DNA of 46,115 bases from a bacterium (GCA_029006015.1 JAQXFY010000066.1:1-46115), one strand, 5' to 3'. Positions 9,005 to 19,247 are shown, numbered from the stretch's first letter. The notes: generated by a model not told the origin, from the sequence alone. Program-made: numbers and translations.

Positions 9005-9871
9005 TCAAGCGGATGGGATGGATATCACTTCATAGCCATCGCTGATAAAGCAAATCGGGCCGTCGGTATCCGTGCGGTAGAGGGGGCAGCCCATGGCCTG
9101 CACGCGCGCGAGTACCTCCCGATGGGGCAGGCCATAGTTGTTATCCTGGCCAACGGAAATGGCGCACATGCGCGGGGAAACGGCATCCAAAAAGGCCTGC
9201 GTGTTGCTGGTGGCCGAGCCATGGTGGCTAAGCTTGAGCACATCGGCTGACAGGGGCAGGCCGCTATTCAGCATATCCTTTTCCGCGGCGGATTGTGCAT
9301 CGCCGCACAGCAAAAACGCGGTATAGCCAAAGCTTAAGCGAATGGCCACGCTGTTATCGTTAAGCTCGTCATATTCCCGGGCGGGCGACAGCACGGTGAT
9401 GGTGGCCTCGCCCAGGGAAAAACGCTGGCCGACAACAGGCGCCGTTAAGGCGATATCGTTGGCTTCCAGCGCATCGAGCAGGCGCTCGAAGGTTTTGGTG
9501 GTTTGCACAACCTCGGGCATGATAAAGCAATCGATGGGAAGGGCGTCCATGATGGCCGGCAGGCCGCCGATGTGATCGGCATGGGGGTGCGTGGCGATGA
9601 CCATATCCAGCCGGGTAATGCCCATATCCTCAAGGGATTGCAGAATGCCCGGCGCGCTGGAGGCTTCGCCCGCATCGATGAGCAGGGCATGCTCGCCCTG
9701 GCGCACCACGATGCTGTCGCCCTGGCCGACATCAAGCAGGGTGACGGTCAGCGTTTGATCATCCGATACAAGGCCGCCGATATCCAGCCAGCTGCAAGCC
9801 CCCAGCATGCAGGCCAGGCAAGCCAGTATCATGCCCAGGGGCAATGCTGCCAGGGTGCGTTTTTTGCGCAT
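9005..9871 (-). CDS. ComEC/Rec2-like metallo-beta-lactamase-fold lipoprotein
   Basis: Lipobox LGAC; LDVGQGDS, THPHADHIGG, GDA, KLSHHGS, YGLPH, YRTD. Confidence 0.9.
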   Translation of the reverse strand: MRKKRTLAALPLGMILACLACMLGACSWLDIGGLVSDDQTLTVTLLDVGQGDSIVVRQGEHALLIDAGEASSAPGILQSLEDMGITRLDMVIATHPHADHIGGLPAIMDALPIDCFIMPEVVQTTKTFERLLDALEANDIALTAPVVGQRFSLGEATITVLSPAREYDELNDNSVAIRLSFGYTAFLLCGDAQSAAEKDMLNSGLPLSADVLKLSHHGSATSNTQAFLDAVSPRMCAISVGQDNNYGLPHREVLARVQAMGCPLYRTDTDGPICFISDGYEVISIPSA

Positions 9872-10180
9872 GAATATCCCCTCCTGTTTATTTGTATTTT
9901 ACCATATTCCCTCGCCGGAAGGATGCCTGTTAGGGGAAAACGGGGCTTTTTTTAAGGGGGCCGGGCCAGGGAAAATAAACCCCGTGGATTTTGCCCCGCC
10001 ATGCTTTGCAGCCAAGGGTTTTACCTTTAAAAGATATGGTATACTATATTGCCTGGATGCAGGCTTTTAGTTTGATGGAAGCAAGGAAATAGCCTTTCCC
10101 GCGCGCCGGCCCGTCTGCCGGGCGATGGGGAATACAAACCAAATGGCCATACGATGATGGAATATGAAGGGATGAGGCCG

Positions 10181-12580
10181 ATGAATGCCCGCGCACAGCG
10201 TGTGCTTGAATATCATAAGGTGCTCGATCAGCTTGCGGGGCTGGCGGTTACGGAGGGGGGCAAGGCGCTGTGCCTGGCGCTCAAGCCCGTATCCGTTTTG
10301 AGGGAGGCCGAGTTGGCCCAGCAGGAAACCTCCCATGCGGAAAGCGAGCTGTACCGCCTGGGCGCAAGCCCCATCGCCCCTTTTACCGATACCCGCCCGG
10401 CGGTGGAAAAGGCAAACCGCGGCGGCGTGCTCAGCCCCAGGGATTTGCTGGATGTAGCCCAGCTTTTGGCCATCTCCCGCCAGGTGCGCGCATCGTTGTG
10501 CGGCCCGGTGCCGGAAAACGATCCGCGCCTGCAAAACCGCATGCGTTTGACGGCCATGGGCCTGGGCGAGCAGCGTACGCTGGAGGAGGATATCCGCCGT
10601 GCCATTTTGGGCGAGGACGAAATCAGCGATTATGCCAGCCCGCAACTGGGCGATATCCGCCGGGGCATGCGCCGCACGCAGGATAAGGTGCGCGAAAAGC
10701 TGGATGGCTATCTGCATTCGGTGCAGATGCAAAAATATTTGCAGGATGTGTTGGTAACCCAGCGCGGCGGCCGCTTTGTGCTGCCCGTCAAGGCGGAATC
10801 CCGCAGCATGGTGCCGGGGCTTGTGCACGATCAATCCGCCAGCGGGGCGACGGTGTTTATCGAGCCCATGGCCGTGGTGGAGCTGAACAATAAATTAAAG
10901 CAGCTGGAGGCGGAGGAGCGCGAGGAGATCCAGCGCATCCTGGCCGCTTTTTCTGCGCGCGTCGCCGCGGCCTCGCCGGTTATCACGGCCAGCCAGGAAA
11001 TTTTATATCTGCTGGATTTTGCCTTTGCCAAGGCGGCGCTGTCGCGCCAGATGCGCGGCATCCAGCCCCGCCTTAACCAAAAAGGTATTTTCCGCCTGGT
11101 GCGTGCGCGCCACCCCCTGATCGCAGCGGATGCCGTGGTGCCCATCGATGTCAACCTGGGGCGGGAGTTTGATGCCCTGGTCATTACCGGCCCCAATACG
11201 GGAGGCAAAACCGTTACGCTTAAAACCTGCGGCCTGATCAGCCTGATGGCGGCGGCGGGCCTTCACATCCCTTGCGATGCCGGAAGCGAGGCCGCCATCT
11301 TTTATGATATCTTTGCCGATATCGGCGATGAGCAAAGCATCGAGCAATCGCTTTCCACGTTTTCCTCCCACATGAAAAATATCGTGTCCATCCTGGAAGC
11401 CGTGCGGCCGGGTACGCTGGTTTTGCTGGATGAGCTGGGCGCCGGTACCGATCCGGCCGAGGGCGCGGCGCTGGCCATCGCCCTGCTGGAGCATATTCAA
11501 AAAAGCGGCGCGCGCGTGGTGGCCACCACCCATTATAGCGAGCTGAAAGCCTATGCCCTGACCACGCCGGGGGTGGAAAATGCCTCCATGGAGTTTGATG
11601 TGGCTACCCTGCGGCCGACTTACCGGCTGTCCATCGGCATCCCGGGTAAATCCAATGCCTTTGCCATCTCCGGCAAGCTGGGGCTGGGGGAGGGTATCCT
11701 CAACCGGGCCAAGGAGCTTTTAAGCGCGGAGGATGTGCGGTTTGAGGATGTTATTTCCTCCGCCCAGGAACAGCGCCAGCTGGCCGAAAAGGAGCGCGCC
11801 ATTGCCGAGGGCATTCATCAGGAGGCCGTGCGGCTGCGTGAGGAAAGCCAGCGCATTCAAAAGGAAATCGCCCGCAAGGAAGAAGAAATCCTGCGCAAGG
11901 CACGGGAGGAAGCCCGGCGTACCCTTAACCAGGCGCGCGAGCAGGCCGAGCGCGCGCTCAAAACCGTCAAGCGCGCCAAGCAGGAAAATAATGGTTATCA
12001 ACTGGTGCGCGAGGCGCAGCGCGATATCCGCGATGCGCTGCTGGCGCATGGCGAATCGGTGCCGCAATCGGTGGCGGAGGATACGCCGCTTGAAAAGGTA
12101 ACCGTGGGGCAGAAGGTGCGCATCATCGGCGTGGGTACGGTGGGTACGGTGCTTACCCTGCCCGATGGCAAGGGCGATGTGCAGCTGCAGGCGGGCTCGG
12201 CCCGCATGAAGGTGGCCCTGGCCCGGCTGTGCGCCGCAGGGGCGGAAAGCAATGCAAAAAAACCAAGCTTTTCCAACCGCCGTACGGTGCCTAATTATCA
12301 AAAACAACCCGAAAGCCGGGAAATGCCCATGCGCTCTTCGGCCATGTCGGTGGATGTGCGCGGGCAGACGCTGGATGAAGCGCTTTTGCAGGTGGATGCC
12401 TTTATCGATGGGGCCATTCTCAGCGGTTTTCAGGAGGTTATGATTATCCACGGCAAGGGCACCGGCGTGCTGCGCGCCGGTATCCAGCAGCACCTGCGCG
12501 CCAATCCCCAGGTAAAATCCGTGCGGGACGGCCGCTATGGCGAAGGGGAGCAGGGCGTCAGCGTGGTGACATTAAAATGA
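10181..12580 (+). CDS. mutS2: Endonuclease MutS2
   Basis: TGPNTGGKT, SLSTFSSHM, DELGAGTDP, TTHY, coiled coil and Smr domain IIHGKGTGVL; start chosen at ATG 10181. Confidence 0.97.
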   Translation: MNARAQRVLEYHKVLDQLAGLAVTEGGKALCLALKPVSVLREAELAQQETSHAESELYRLGASPIAPFTDTRPAVEKANRGGVLSPRDLLDVAQLLAISRQVRASLCGPVPENDPRLQNRMRLTAMGLGEQRTLEEDIRRAILGEDEISDYASPQLGDIRRGMRRTQDKVREKLDGYLHSVQMQKYLQDVLVTQRGGRFVLPVKAESRSMVPGLVHDQSASGATVFIEPMAVVELNNKLKQLEAEEREEIQRILAAFSARVAAASPVITASQEILYLLDFAFAKAALSRQMRGIQPRLNQKGIFRLVRARHPLIAADAVVPIDVNLGREFDALVITGPNTGGKTVTLKTCGLISLMAAAGLHIPCDAGSEAAIFYDIFADIGDEQSIEQSLSTFSSHMKNIVSILEAVRPGTLVLLDELGAGTDPAEGAALAIALLEHIQKSGARVVATTHYSELKAYALTTPGVENASMEFDVATLRPTYRLSIGIPGKSNAFAISGKLGLGEGILNRAKELLSAEDVRFEDVISSAQEQRQLAEKERAIAEGIHQEAVRLREESQRIQKEIARKEEEILRKAREEARRTLNQAREQAERALKTVKRAKQENNGYQLVREAQRDIRDALLAHGESVPQSVAEDTPLEKVTVGQKVRIIGVGTVGTVLTLPDGKGDVQLQAGSARMKVALARLCAAGAESNAKKPSFSNRRTVPNYQKQPESREMPMRSSAMSVDVRGQTLDEALLQVDAFIDGAILSGFQEVMIIHGKGTGVLRAGIQQHLRANPQVKSVRDGRYGEGEQGVSVVTLK

Positions 12581-12990
12581 AAAAGGTATTGGTCAGCGCC
12601 TGCCTGGCCGGCTTTCCCTGCCGGTATGACGGCCGGGCCAAGCCGGTGGGGGAATATGCGGCCTGGGTAAAACAGGGCAAAGCCATCGCCGTGTGCCCGG
12701 AACAGCTGGGCGGCCTTGCTACCCCAAGGGCGCGGTGCGAAATCCGCCAAGGGCGCGTTGTCGATGAAAACGGGGCCGATCGCACCGCCGCTTTTATGCG
12801 CGGCGCGGCAGCCTGCGTGGATATCGCCAGGCGGCAGGGCATCACGCGCGCCTATCTTAAGCAAAAAAGCCCGTCCTGCGGGGCGGGGTGCATCTATGAC
12901 GGCAGCTTTTGCGGAAAAACCATCCAGGGCAACGGCATCGCCGCATGCGCCCTCAAGGCCGCGGGGATAGAAGTGATCCCCGTCGATTAG
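12577..12990 (+). CDS. DUF523 family Fe-S protein (thiouracil desulfidase TudS-like)
   Basis: VSACLAG..CRYDG, VCPEQLGGL.TPR, LKQKSPSCG; ATGA overlap with mutS2. Confidence 0.92.
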   Translation: MKKVLVSACLAGFPCRYDGRAKPVGEYAAWVKQGKAIAVCPEQLGGLATPRARCEIRQGRVVDENGADRTAAFMRGAAACVDIARRQGITRAYLKQKSPSCGAGCIYDGSFCGKTIQGNGIAACALKAAGIEVIPVD

Positions 12991-13156
12991 GGTGTGGCGC
13001 CGGGAATTGCTGTATGCCGGGCAGGCTTTGCCCGGGCCGGGGCGCGGAAGCCGGGCTTTTCATGGTTTGTTCATCTTTGGCGGATAAAATGGTATCGGAT
13101 AGAAGCGGGAAATCAGGCATTGATTGCCCCGCACCGAGCAGGAGGAGGGCGTAATA

Positions 13157-13837
13157 ATGGGGGATTATATCCTGATTGCGGATGATGACGCCAATATCGG
13201 CAAGCTTATCTCCTTGTATCTGACAAAAGAAGGGTTTACCGTTAAAACGTGCCTGCGCGGGGATGACGCGCTGGATATCTGCCTGAAGGATCCGCCCAAG
13301 CTGCTTATCCTGGATGTTATGATGCCGGGGATGGATGGGTGGAACGTGCTGCGCACCCTCAGGCAGGATCAATCCTTTCCCGTGCTGATGCTGACCGCGC
13401 GCGGCGAAACGTTTGACAAGGTGATGGGGCTGGAGATGGGGGCGGATGATTATGTCGTCAAGCCCTTTGAACCCAGGGAGCTGGTTGCGCGTGTCAAGGC
13501 GCTGCTTCGCCGTGTGCCCCAGCAGGAGGATAACCGCCGTACCCTGCGTGCGGGGAAACTGTCCGTCAGCCTGGCCGAGTACGAGGTGCGCGTATCGGGA
13601 AAGGCGGTTCCCATGCCGCCGCGCGAGCTGGAGCTTTTATACTTTTTAATGAACCACCCCGGCCAGGCCTTTACGCGCGAACAGCTGCTGGAGCACGTCT
13701 GGGGATATGATTTCTTTGGCGACAGCCGCACGGTGGATGTCCATGTCAAGCGCCTGCGGGAGCGGCTTGGCGCGGAAATCGGCGGTATGATTAAAACCGT
13801 GTGGGGCGTGGGCTATAAATTCGAGGCCAGTGCATGA
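13157..13837 (+). CDS. OmpR-family response regulator
   Basis: ADDD, LDVMMP, GADDYVVKPF, VWGYDF, RTVDVHVKRLR, TVWGVGYKF. Confidence 0.95.
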   Translation: MGDYILIADDDANIGKLISLYLTKEGFTVKTCLRGDDALDICLKDPPKLLILDVMMPGMDGWNVLRTLRQDQSFPVLMLTARGETFDKVMGLEMGADDYVVKPFEPRELVARVKALLRRVPQQEDNRRTLRAGKLSVSLAEYEVRVSGKAVPMPPRELELLYFLMNHPGQAFTREQLLEHVWGYDFFGDSRTVDVHVKRLRERLGAEIGGMIKTVWGVGYKFEASA

Positions 13838-15267
13838 GACGGTCATTTTTCTGGCGCCTGTTTGTCAGTTATGTGGTGGCGTTCTTTTTTGTTGGCACCC
13901 TGGCTGCGACGGTGCTGGCTACGGCAATACGCACCCAGATGACCAGCAAACGGGAAAAGGAATTTATGAATGAAGCGCAGTATATCGCCACCATGTGCCC
14001 CAAGGGCGTGTTGGGCGATAAGCTGTCCACCGCTATCGTGCAGGAGCTTAAATCCACCGCCTGGCGCTTTCAGGCCATTATCTGGCTGGTTAGCGATGGC
14101 GGAGCCATGTATGTGGTAAGCCCCCAAAATGGGTTTGAGCAGCAGATCATCTCCGATGAACAGGTGGAGGAAATTTTTTCCCTGTATCAGGAGGTTAAGG
14201 CCAAGGGAAAACTGCTTCAAAAGGGCAACTTCCCATACTTTACCGAACCCGTTATCATGGTGGCCCAGTCCTTTCGGGATGCGGAGGGTAAACAGGGAGC
14301 GGTGTTTATCCATATGCCGCAACGGGAGTTTGCGCTTTTAAATAACCAGTCCCTGTCCGCCTGGATCGCCAGCATCCACTGGATCATGGCGGTATCGGTG
14401 GCGGCGGGTGTTATCATCTCACTGGCGCTGGCGCTGTACATCACCCGGCCGGTCAAGCAGATGACATCGGTTGTGCGGGAACTGTCCCGCGGGCACTTTG
14501 AACAGCGCGTTACCTTTACCCGGCGGGACGAGCTGGGCGTGCTGGCCGATGGTATCAATGCCATGGCGGAGGATTTAGCCAAGCTGGATCGCGCGCGCTC
14601 CAGTTTTGTGGCTGCGGTTTCACACGAGCTTCGCTCGCCGCTGACCAGCATCCGCGGTTTTGTGCAGGCGGTGCGCGATGGCGTGGTGACGGATGAAGAA
14701 AAGGACGAGTATCTGGATATTGTCCTGAGCGAAAGCCAGCGCCTGGGGCGGCTGATCGAATCGCTGCTGGATCTGGCCAGGATCGAATCGGGCGCGTTTC
14801 CGCTGGAAAAGGCGGATATAACCGCCGGGGCGGTTTTCAAACCGGTGGTGGACGCGCTGGGTGTACGGGCGCAGGAAAAGCAGGTATCGCTGGTTGTGGA
14901 TCCCCAAGGGATGGAGATAGCCCTTGTTGCCGATAGCGAGCGCATGCAGCAGGTGGTATATAACCTGGTGGACAACGCCATCCGCTACAGCCCGGAGGGG
15001 GGAACCATTACCCTTGCCGCCCACAGGGAGCATGAGGGCGTTATCCTGTCCGTCAGCGATGAAGGGCCGGGCATATCCGCCGATATGCAGGGCCAGATGT
15101 TTAATGATTTTGCCACCGATAATACCGCACGCACCCCGGGCAGCGGCATGGGGCTGGGGCTGTCCATCGCCCGGCGCATCGTCCTTCAGCATGGCGGCAC
15201 CATCCGTGCAGCCAACCGTGCCCAGGGCGGGTGCGAGGTGACGGTGTTTCTTCCGCTGGCAAAATAA
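13834..15267 (+). CDS. HAMP-domain sensor histidine kinase
   Basis: Two TM segments, HAMP, SHELRSPLT, NLVDNAIRY, DEGPGI, GMGLGL. Confidence 0.95.
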   Translation: MRRSFFWRLFVSYVVAFFFVGTLAATVLATAIRTQMTSKREKEFMNEAQYIATMCPKGVLGDKLSTAIVQELKSTAWRFQAIIWLVSDGGAMYVVSPQNGFEQQIISDEQVEEIFSLYQEVKAKGKLLQKGNFPYFTEPVIMVAQSFRDAEGKQGAVFIHMPQREFALLNNQSLSAWIASIHWIMAVSVAAGVIISLALALYITRPVKQMTSVVRELSRGHFEQRVTFTRRDELGVLADGINAMAEDLAKLDRARSSFVAAVSHELRSPLTSIRGFVQAVRDGVVTDEEKDEYLDIVLSESQRLGRLIESLLDLARIESGAFPLEKADITAGAVFKPVVDALGVRAQEKQVSLVVDPQGMEIALVADSERMQQVVYNLVDNAIRYSPEGGTITLAAHREHEGVILSVSDEGPGISADMQGQMFNDFATDNTARTPGSGMGLGLSIARRIVLQHGGTIRAANRAQGGCEVTVFLPLAK

Positions 15268-15352
15268 TGCGAAAAAATAGTTGCTGCTGTTCATAGTTTT
15301 GCAACAGAAGGGGAGCATACTAAGAGCATGATCTTGAAAGGAGGACTCCAGC

Positions 15353-16561
15353 GTGAGCGAGCCTATTTTCTATTATGATGATGATGCAAACAAGAAGAAC
15401 ACACATCGTACCGGATGGGTCATTGCCCTGATTTCCATCGCCGCAGTATCCTGCCTGCTGGGTGCCGCATTTTTAGGGCCGCTGTTTGCGGATAAGGCAC
15501 AAACCACGCCGACGCCGCCAGTCATCCAGAATACCCCCATCACCACCGACACGCCTTCCACGCCCGGCAGCAGCAATGTCAACCTGGGCGGATCGGCGTT
15601 GACTTTAAGCAACGAAAATATATTGGAGCAGATCTACGAGAAGATCTCGCCCGCCATCGTATCGGTATCCAACATGCAGTATAAATTTGGCCAGGGTGGG
15701 CGTACCCTGCAGCTGGCCGGCACAGGCTCCGGCGTGGTGGTTTCCGAGGAAGGCTACATCATTACCAACTATCACGTCATTCAGGATGCCAACCAGGTGC
15801 TGGTTACCTTCTCCGACGGGGTAGAGGTGGAAGCCGAAATCATCGGCGGGGATGCCCCCGGCGACCTGGCGGTGCTGAAGGTGGACAAGGACAACCTGAC
15901 GGTGGTGCCCATTGGGGATGCGGATAATGCCAAGGTAGGCTCGCTGGCCATCGCCATCGGCAACCCGGACCGCTTTGCCGGCACGTTGACGGTGGGCTAC
16001 ATCAGCGGCCCGCAGCGCACCATCACGCTGGATTCGGGCTATTCGATGAAGTTTTTGCAAACCGATGCCGCCATCAACCCGGGCAACAGCGGCGGCGCCC
16101 TGCTTAATTCCAAGGGAGAGCTGATTGGCATTACCGCCCTTAAAACCACCTATGTGGGAACCGATGAATATGGCAATGCCATCGCTGCGGAGGGACTGGG
16201 GTTTGCCATTCCCATTAACGAGGCCATGCCCATCGTGCAGGAAATTATCCAGAAGGGCTATTACAGCCGGCCGACGCTGGGCATCTCCGGCCGCGATGTT
16301 ACCACCGCCATGCAGATGCAGGGCTATCCCAAGGGCTTCCTGGTAAAAACCGTCACCAAGGGCGGCGCGGCTGAAAAAGCCGGCATCAAGGCGGAAGATG
16401 TCATCACCGGCATCGATGGGGTGACCGTCGAAAGCTACGATTCCCTGATTGAGGAGCTGTATAAGCATAAACCCGGCGATACCGTAACGTTGACCATCCG
16501 CCGCCCCGATCCCAGCCAGGTGCTGGAGCTTAATCTGGAGGTTGTGCTGGGCGACAGCTAA
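15353..16561 (+). CDS. htrA: HtrA/DegP-like membrane serine protease with PDZ domain
   Basis: N-terminal TM, GSGVV, TNYHV, DLAVLK, TDAAINPGNSGG, C-terminal PDZ; GTG start after GAGGA. Confidence 0.93.
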   Translation: MSEPIFYYDDDANKKNTHRTGWVIALISIAAVSCLLGAAFLGPLFADKAQTTPTPPVIQNTPITTDTPSTPGSSNVNLGGSALTLSNENILEQIYEKISPAIVSVSNMQYKFGQGGRTLQLAGTGSGVVVSEEGYIITNYHVIQDANQVLVTFSDGVEVEAEIIGGDAPGDLAVLKVDKDNLTVVPIGDADNAKVGSLAIAIGNPDRFAGTLTVGYISGPQRTITLDSGYSMKFLQTDAAINPGNSGGALLNSKGELIGITALKTTYVGTDEYGNAIAAEGLGFAIPINEAMPIVQEIIQKGYYSRPTLGISGRDVTTAMQMQGYPKGFLVKTVTKGGAAEKAGIKAEDVITGIDGVTVESYDSLIEELYKHKPGDTVTLTIRRPDPSQVLELNLEVVLGDS

Positions 16562-16620
16562 CGGGTAAGCTTCCCCCCGGAGAGCAAGGGGAGAAGGAAA
16601 CATGGCAGGCAGCATGCCTG

Positions 16621-16654
16621 AAAGGCCGGCGGCAAACATTTGCCGCCGGCCTTT
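16621..16654. terminator. Bidirectional terminator
   Basis: AAAGGCCGGCGGCAAA-CA-TTTGCCGCCGGCCTTT between convergent genes. Confidence 0.85.
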
Positions 16655-16771
16655 GGTATGTTGGCGTTAATCCTTATCAGGGCTGAGGTTTTTGCCGGCA
16701 AGGCCATCCGGCGCGCGGCCTGTTCAAAAAGGCCTTTGGCCCGTTGCCCCCGGCCGGTTAGGCTTTGCCTT

Positions 16772-17557
16772 CTAGGCGGGCTTTACGCCCATCGTCAGCA
16801 GCCAGCGTTGGTTAAAGAAAATGCCATCGGGCGCCGAATAAGGCGAGAAACCGGTTTTTTCGTGGCCGCCGATATCGGCCTCCATGCGGGCGATGATATC
16901 TTTTTGGATGGGCTCGGGCGTTTGGGTCAGTTGCAGCCATGCGTTTAGGGAAACCGGGATATCCGTGCACTGGCATTGCTTGATAACCAAAGCATGCTTT
17001 GTAAACAGCGCCAGCATTTCATCCCGGCTCAGGTTGCGCACATGGGAGGCGTCCCGCAGGGCTTCGATCTGGTCCTCTACGTTTCGGAGGGAGGGCTCCG
17101 CGGCTTCCATATCGATAACGGCCAGCTTGCCGCCTGGCTTTAACACGCGAACCATTTCTTCAAATGGGCGGCCAACATCGGCAAAATGGTGGAAAGCCAG
17201 CCGGGAAATGACGATATCAAAGCTGTTATCCAGAAAAGGAAGATCCTCCGCATAGCCCTTGACAAACACCATATTATGCAATCCGGCGGCCTGTGCGCTG
17301 GTTTTACCGGCTTCAAGCATGGCGGGGGTGGCATCCAGGCAGGTTACCGTTTGCACAAGCGGGGCAAAAGCGCGGGCGCATGCACAGGTTCCGGCGGCCA
17401 CTTCCAGCACACAATCGGATGCCGCGGGCGCAATGGCGGAAACGGTATAATCCAGATAGGCTTTTTTGGAAAAGTTCATCGAGGGCGTTTCAAAGCTTGC
17501 GGCCTGCACCTGAAAGGAAGCTTGTACCTTATTCAAATTGGCGGGCTCTATGGGCAT
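16772..17557 (-). CDS. Class I SAM-dependent methyltransferase
   Basis: VLEVAAGTC, AEDLPFLDNSFDIVISRLAFHHF, RVLKPGG, LRDASHVR. Confidence 0.9.
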   Translation of the reverse strand: MPIEPANLNKVQASFQVQAASFETPSMNFSKKAYLDYTVSAIAPAASDCVLEVAAGTCACARAFAPLVQTVTCLDATPAMLEAGKTSAQAAGLHNMVFVKGYAEDLPFLDNSFDIVISRLAFHHFADVGRPFEEMVRVLKPGGKLAVIDMEAAEPSLRNVEDQIEALRDASHVRNLSRDEMLALFTKHALVIKQCQCTDIPVSLNAWLQLTQTPEPIQKDIIARMEADIGGHEKTGFSPYSAPDGIFFNQRWLLTMGVKPA

Positions 17558-18093
17558 AGCGGTCTTTCTCCTTTGGGAAAAGATAGTTTTTTTGTATCGG
17601 CCTTTTCCAGGGTAAGAAGGCGGAGTTTCCTTTCGATGCCGCCCGCATACCCCGTTAAGCTGCCGGACTGGCCAACCACCCGGTGGCAGGGCACGATAAT
17701 GGAAATGGGGTTGTGGGCTACCGCGCCGCCCACAGCCTGGGCCGGCACGGAGGCCAGGCCGCGCTGGGCGGCGATCTCCTGGGCGATTCGGCTATAGGTG
17801 GTCAGCTGACCGTATGGAATTTGCCGCAGCTTCTCCCAAACCATCTGCCGGAACGGGGAACCGCTCATGGACAGCGGCGGAACAAAATCGGGCTTTTGGC
17901 CGCCAAAGTAGATATCCAGCCAGCTCCGGGCCTGCTCAAATACAGGCAGGCTTTTTTTCTGGGCTTTGCCGGTTAGGGTGGCGGCAAAGTATTTTTGTCC
18001 GTTAAACCACAGCCCGGTGATATGCCGGCCATCGCTGGCCAGGGTAATGGGGCCCAGGGGCGATTGATACAGGGAAATATAGGGCATATCCAT
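17548..18093 (-). CDS. ogt: Methylated-DNA--protein-cysteine methyltransferase
   Basis: SPLG, IPYG..TY, AVGGAV..NP, active site VPCHRVV, LTGYAGG. Confidence 0.95.
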   Translation of the reverse strand: MDMPYISLYQSPLGPITLASDGRHITGLWFNGQKYFAATLTGKAQKKSLPVFEQARSWLDIYFGGQKPDFVPPLSMSGSPFRQMVWEKLRQIPYGQLTTYSRIAQEIAAQRGLASVPAQAVGGAVAHNPISIIVPCHRVVGQSGSLTGYAGGIERKLRLLTLEKADTKKLSFPKGERPLCP

Positions 18094-18353
18094 CAGCTCC
18101 CGGCATTGATTTGGGCCAAACGGCGCATTTCCCCTTGGGATAGGGTATTATAACACGGTTTGGCACAAAGCTTGTATGGCCGGCAGCCAGGGAAAGTGAA
18201 AATGCCGTACCAACGGGGCCGGTTTTCCTATGGCCGCACTTTCCCGGGAACAGTTCCTTGATTTAAGGTTTTTGGCTTTGCTATAATGGAATAAACAACC
18301 GTTGTGTCGATCGCTTTTTGTGCCTGAAAATAATTTTTGGGAGGTATGCAGCC

Positions 18354-19247
18354 ATGGAAAATACACGCCCCGGGGATTCTTCCCGCATCACCCGCGAATA
18401 TACGGATTCGCTTTTGATCGAAATGCGCCAACTCGATGCCGTTATGCCCTCCACCCGCATGGAGCTGTTTGGCCGCACCTTTGATACCCCCATTGCCACG
18501 GCGGCCTTCTCGCACCTTTCCAACTTTGGCTATCATAAGGATGGCATGGTGGAGTTGGCCAAGGGCGCACAAATGGCCAATGCGCTTAATTTTGTGGGCA
18601 TGGGCCCGGAAGAAGAGCTGGAGCGCATTGTCGATACCGGCGTGGCTGCGATCAAGATCGTCAAGCCTTATGCGGATAATGAGATTATTCTGCGCAAGCT
18701 GGAGCATGCCAAGCGCGTGGGCGCCATCGCCGTGGGCATGGATATCGACCATGCCTTTGGCTCTGAGGGCGAGTTTGATGTGGTGCTGGGCGAGCCCATG
18801 TGCCCCAAAACCACCGAAGAAATCCGGATGTTTGCAAGCGCTGCCGGGCTGCCGTTTGTGGTAAAAGGGGTGCTTAGCGTTACCGATGCCCTCAAATGTG
18901 TGGAGGCGGGCGCCAAGGGCATTATTGTTTCCCACCACCATGGCATCATGGATTACGCTGTGCCGCCGCTGATGATCCTGCCCGAGATCGTCAAGGCCAT
19001 CGGGCCGGATATTGCCGTTTTTGCGGATAGCGGCATCGCTACCGGCTACGATGTTTTCAAGGCCCTGGCCCTGGGTGCGACGGGGGCCTGCGCCGGAACC
19101 GCCATGCTGAATTCCCTGAAGGAAGGCGGCAAGGAAGGGGCCTGCGAATGGATCCGCCGGCAGACCGGCGTGCTTAAATCCATCATGGGCAGGACGGCCT
19201 CGCCGGATATCCGGCATATCGATGCATCGCTTATTTGGCGCAGGTAA
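18354..19247 (+). CDS. FMN-dependent alpha-hydroxy-acid oxidase/dehydrogenase-family protein
   Basis: LPFVVKGVLS..DA, IIVSHHHG, ADSGIATGYDVFKALALGA; upstream TTGATT-N18-TATAAT promoter (18258-18287). Confidence 0.85.
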   Translation: MENTRPGDSSRITREYTDSLLIEMRQLDAVMPSTRMELFGRTFDTPIATAAFSHLSNFGYHKDGMVELAKGAQMANALNFVGMGPEEELERIVDTGVAAIKIVKPYADNEIILRKLEHAKRVGAIAVGMDIDHAFGSEGEFDVVLGEPMCPKTTEEIRMFASAAGLPFVVKGVLSVTDALKCVEAGAKGIIVSHHHGIMDYAVPPLMILPEIVKAIGPDIAVFADSGIATGYDVFKALALGATGACAGTAMLNSLKEGGKEGACEWIRRQTGVLKSIMGRTASPDIRHIDASLIWRR

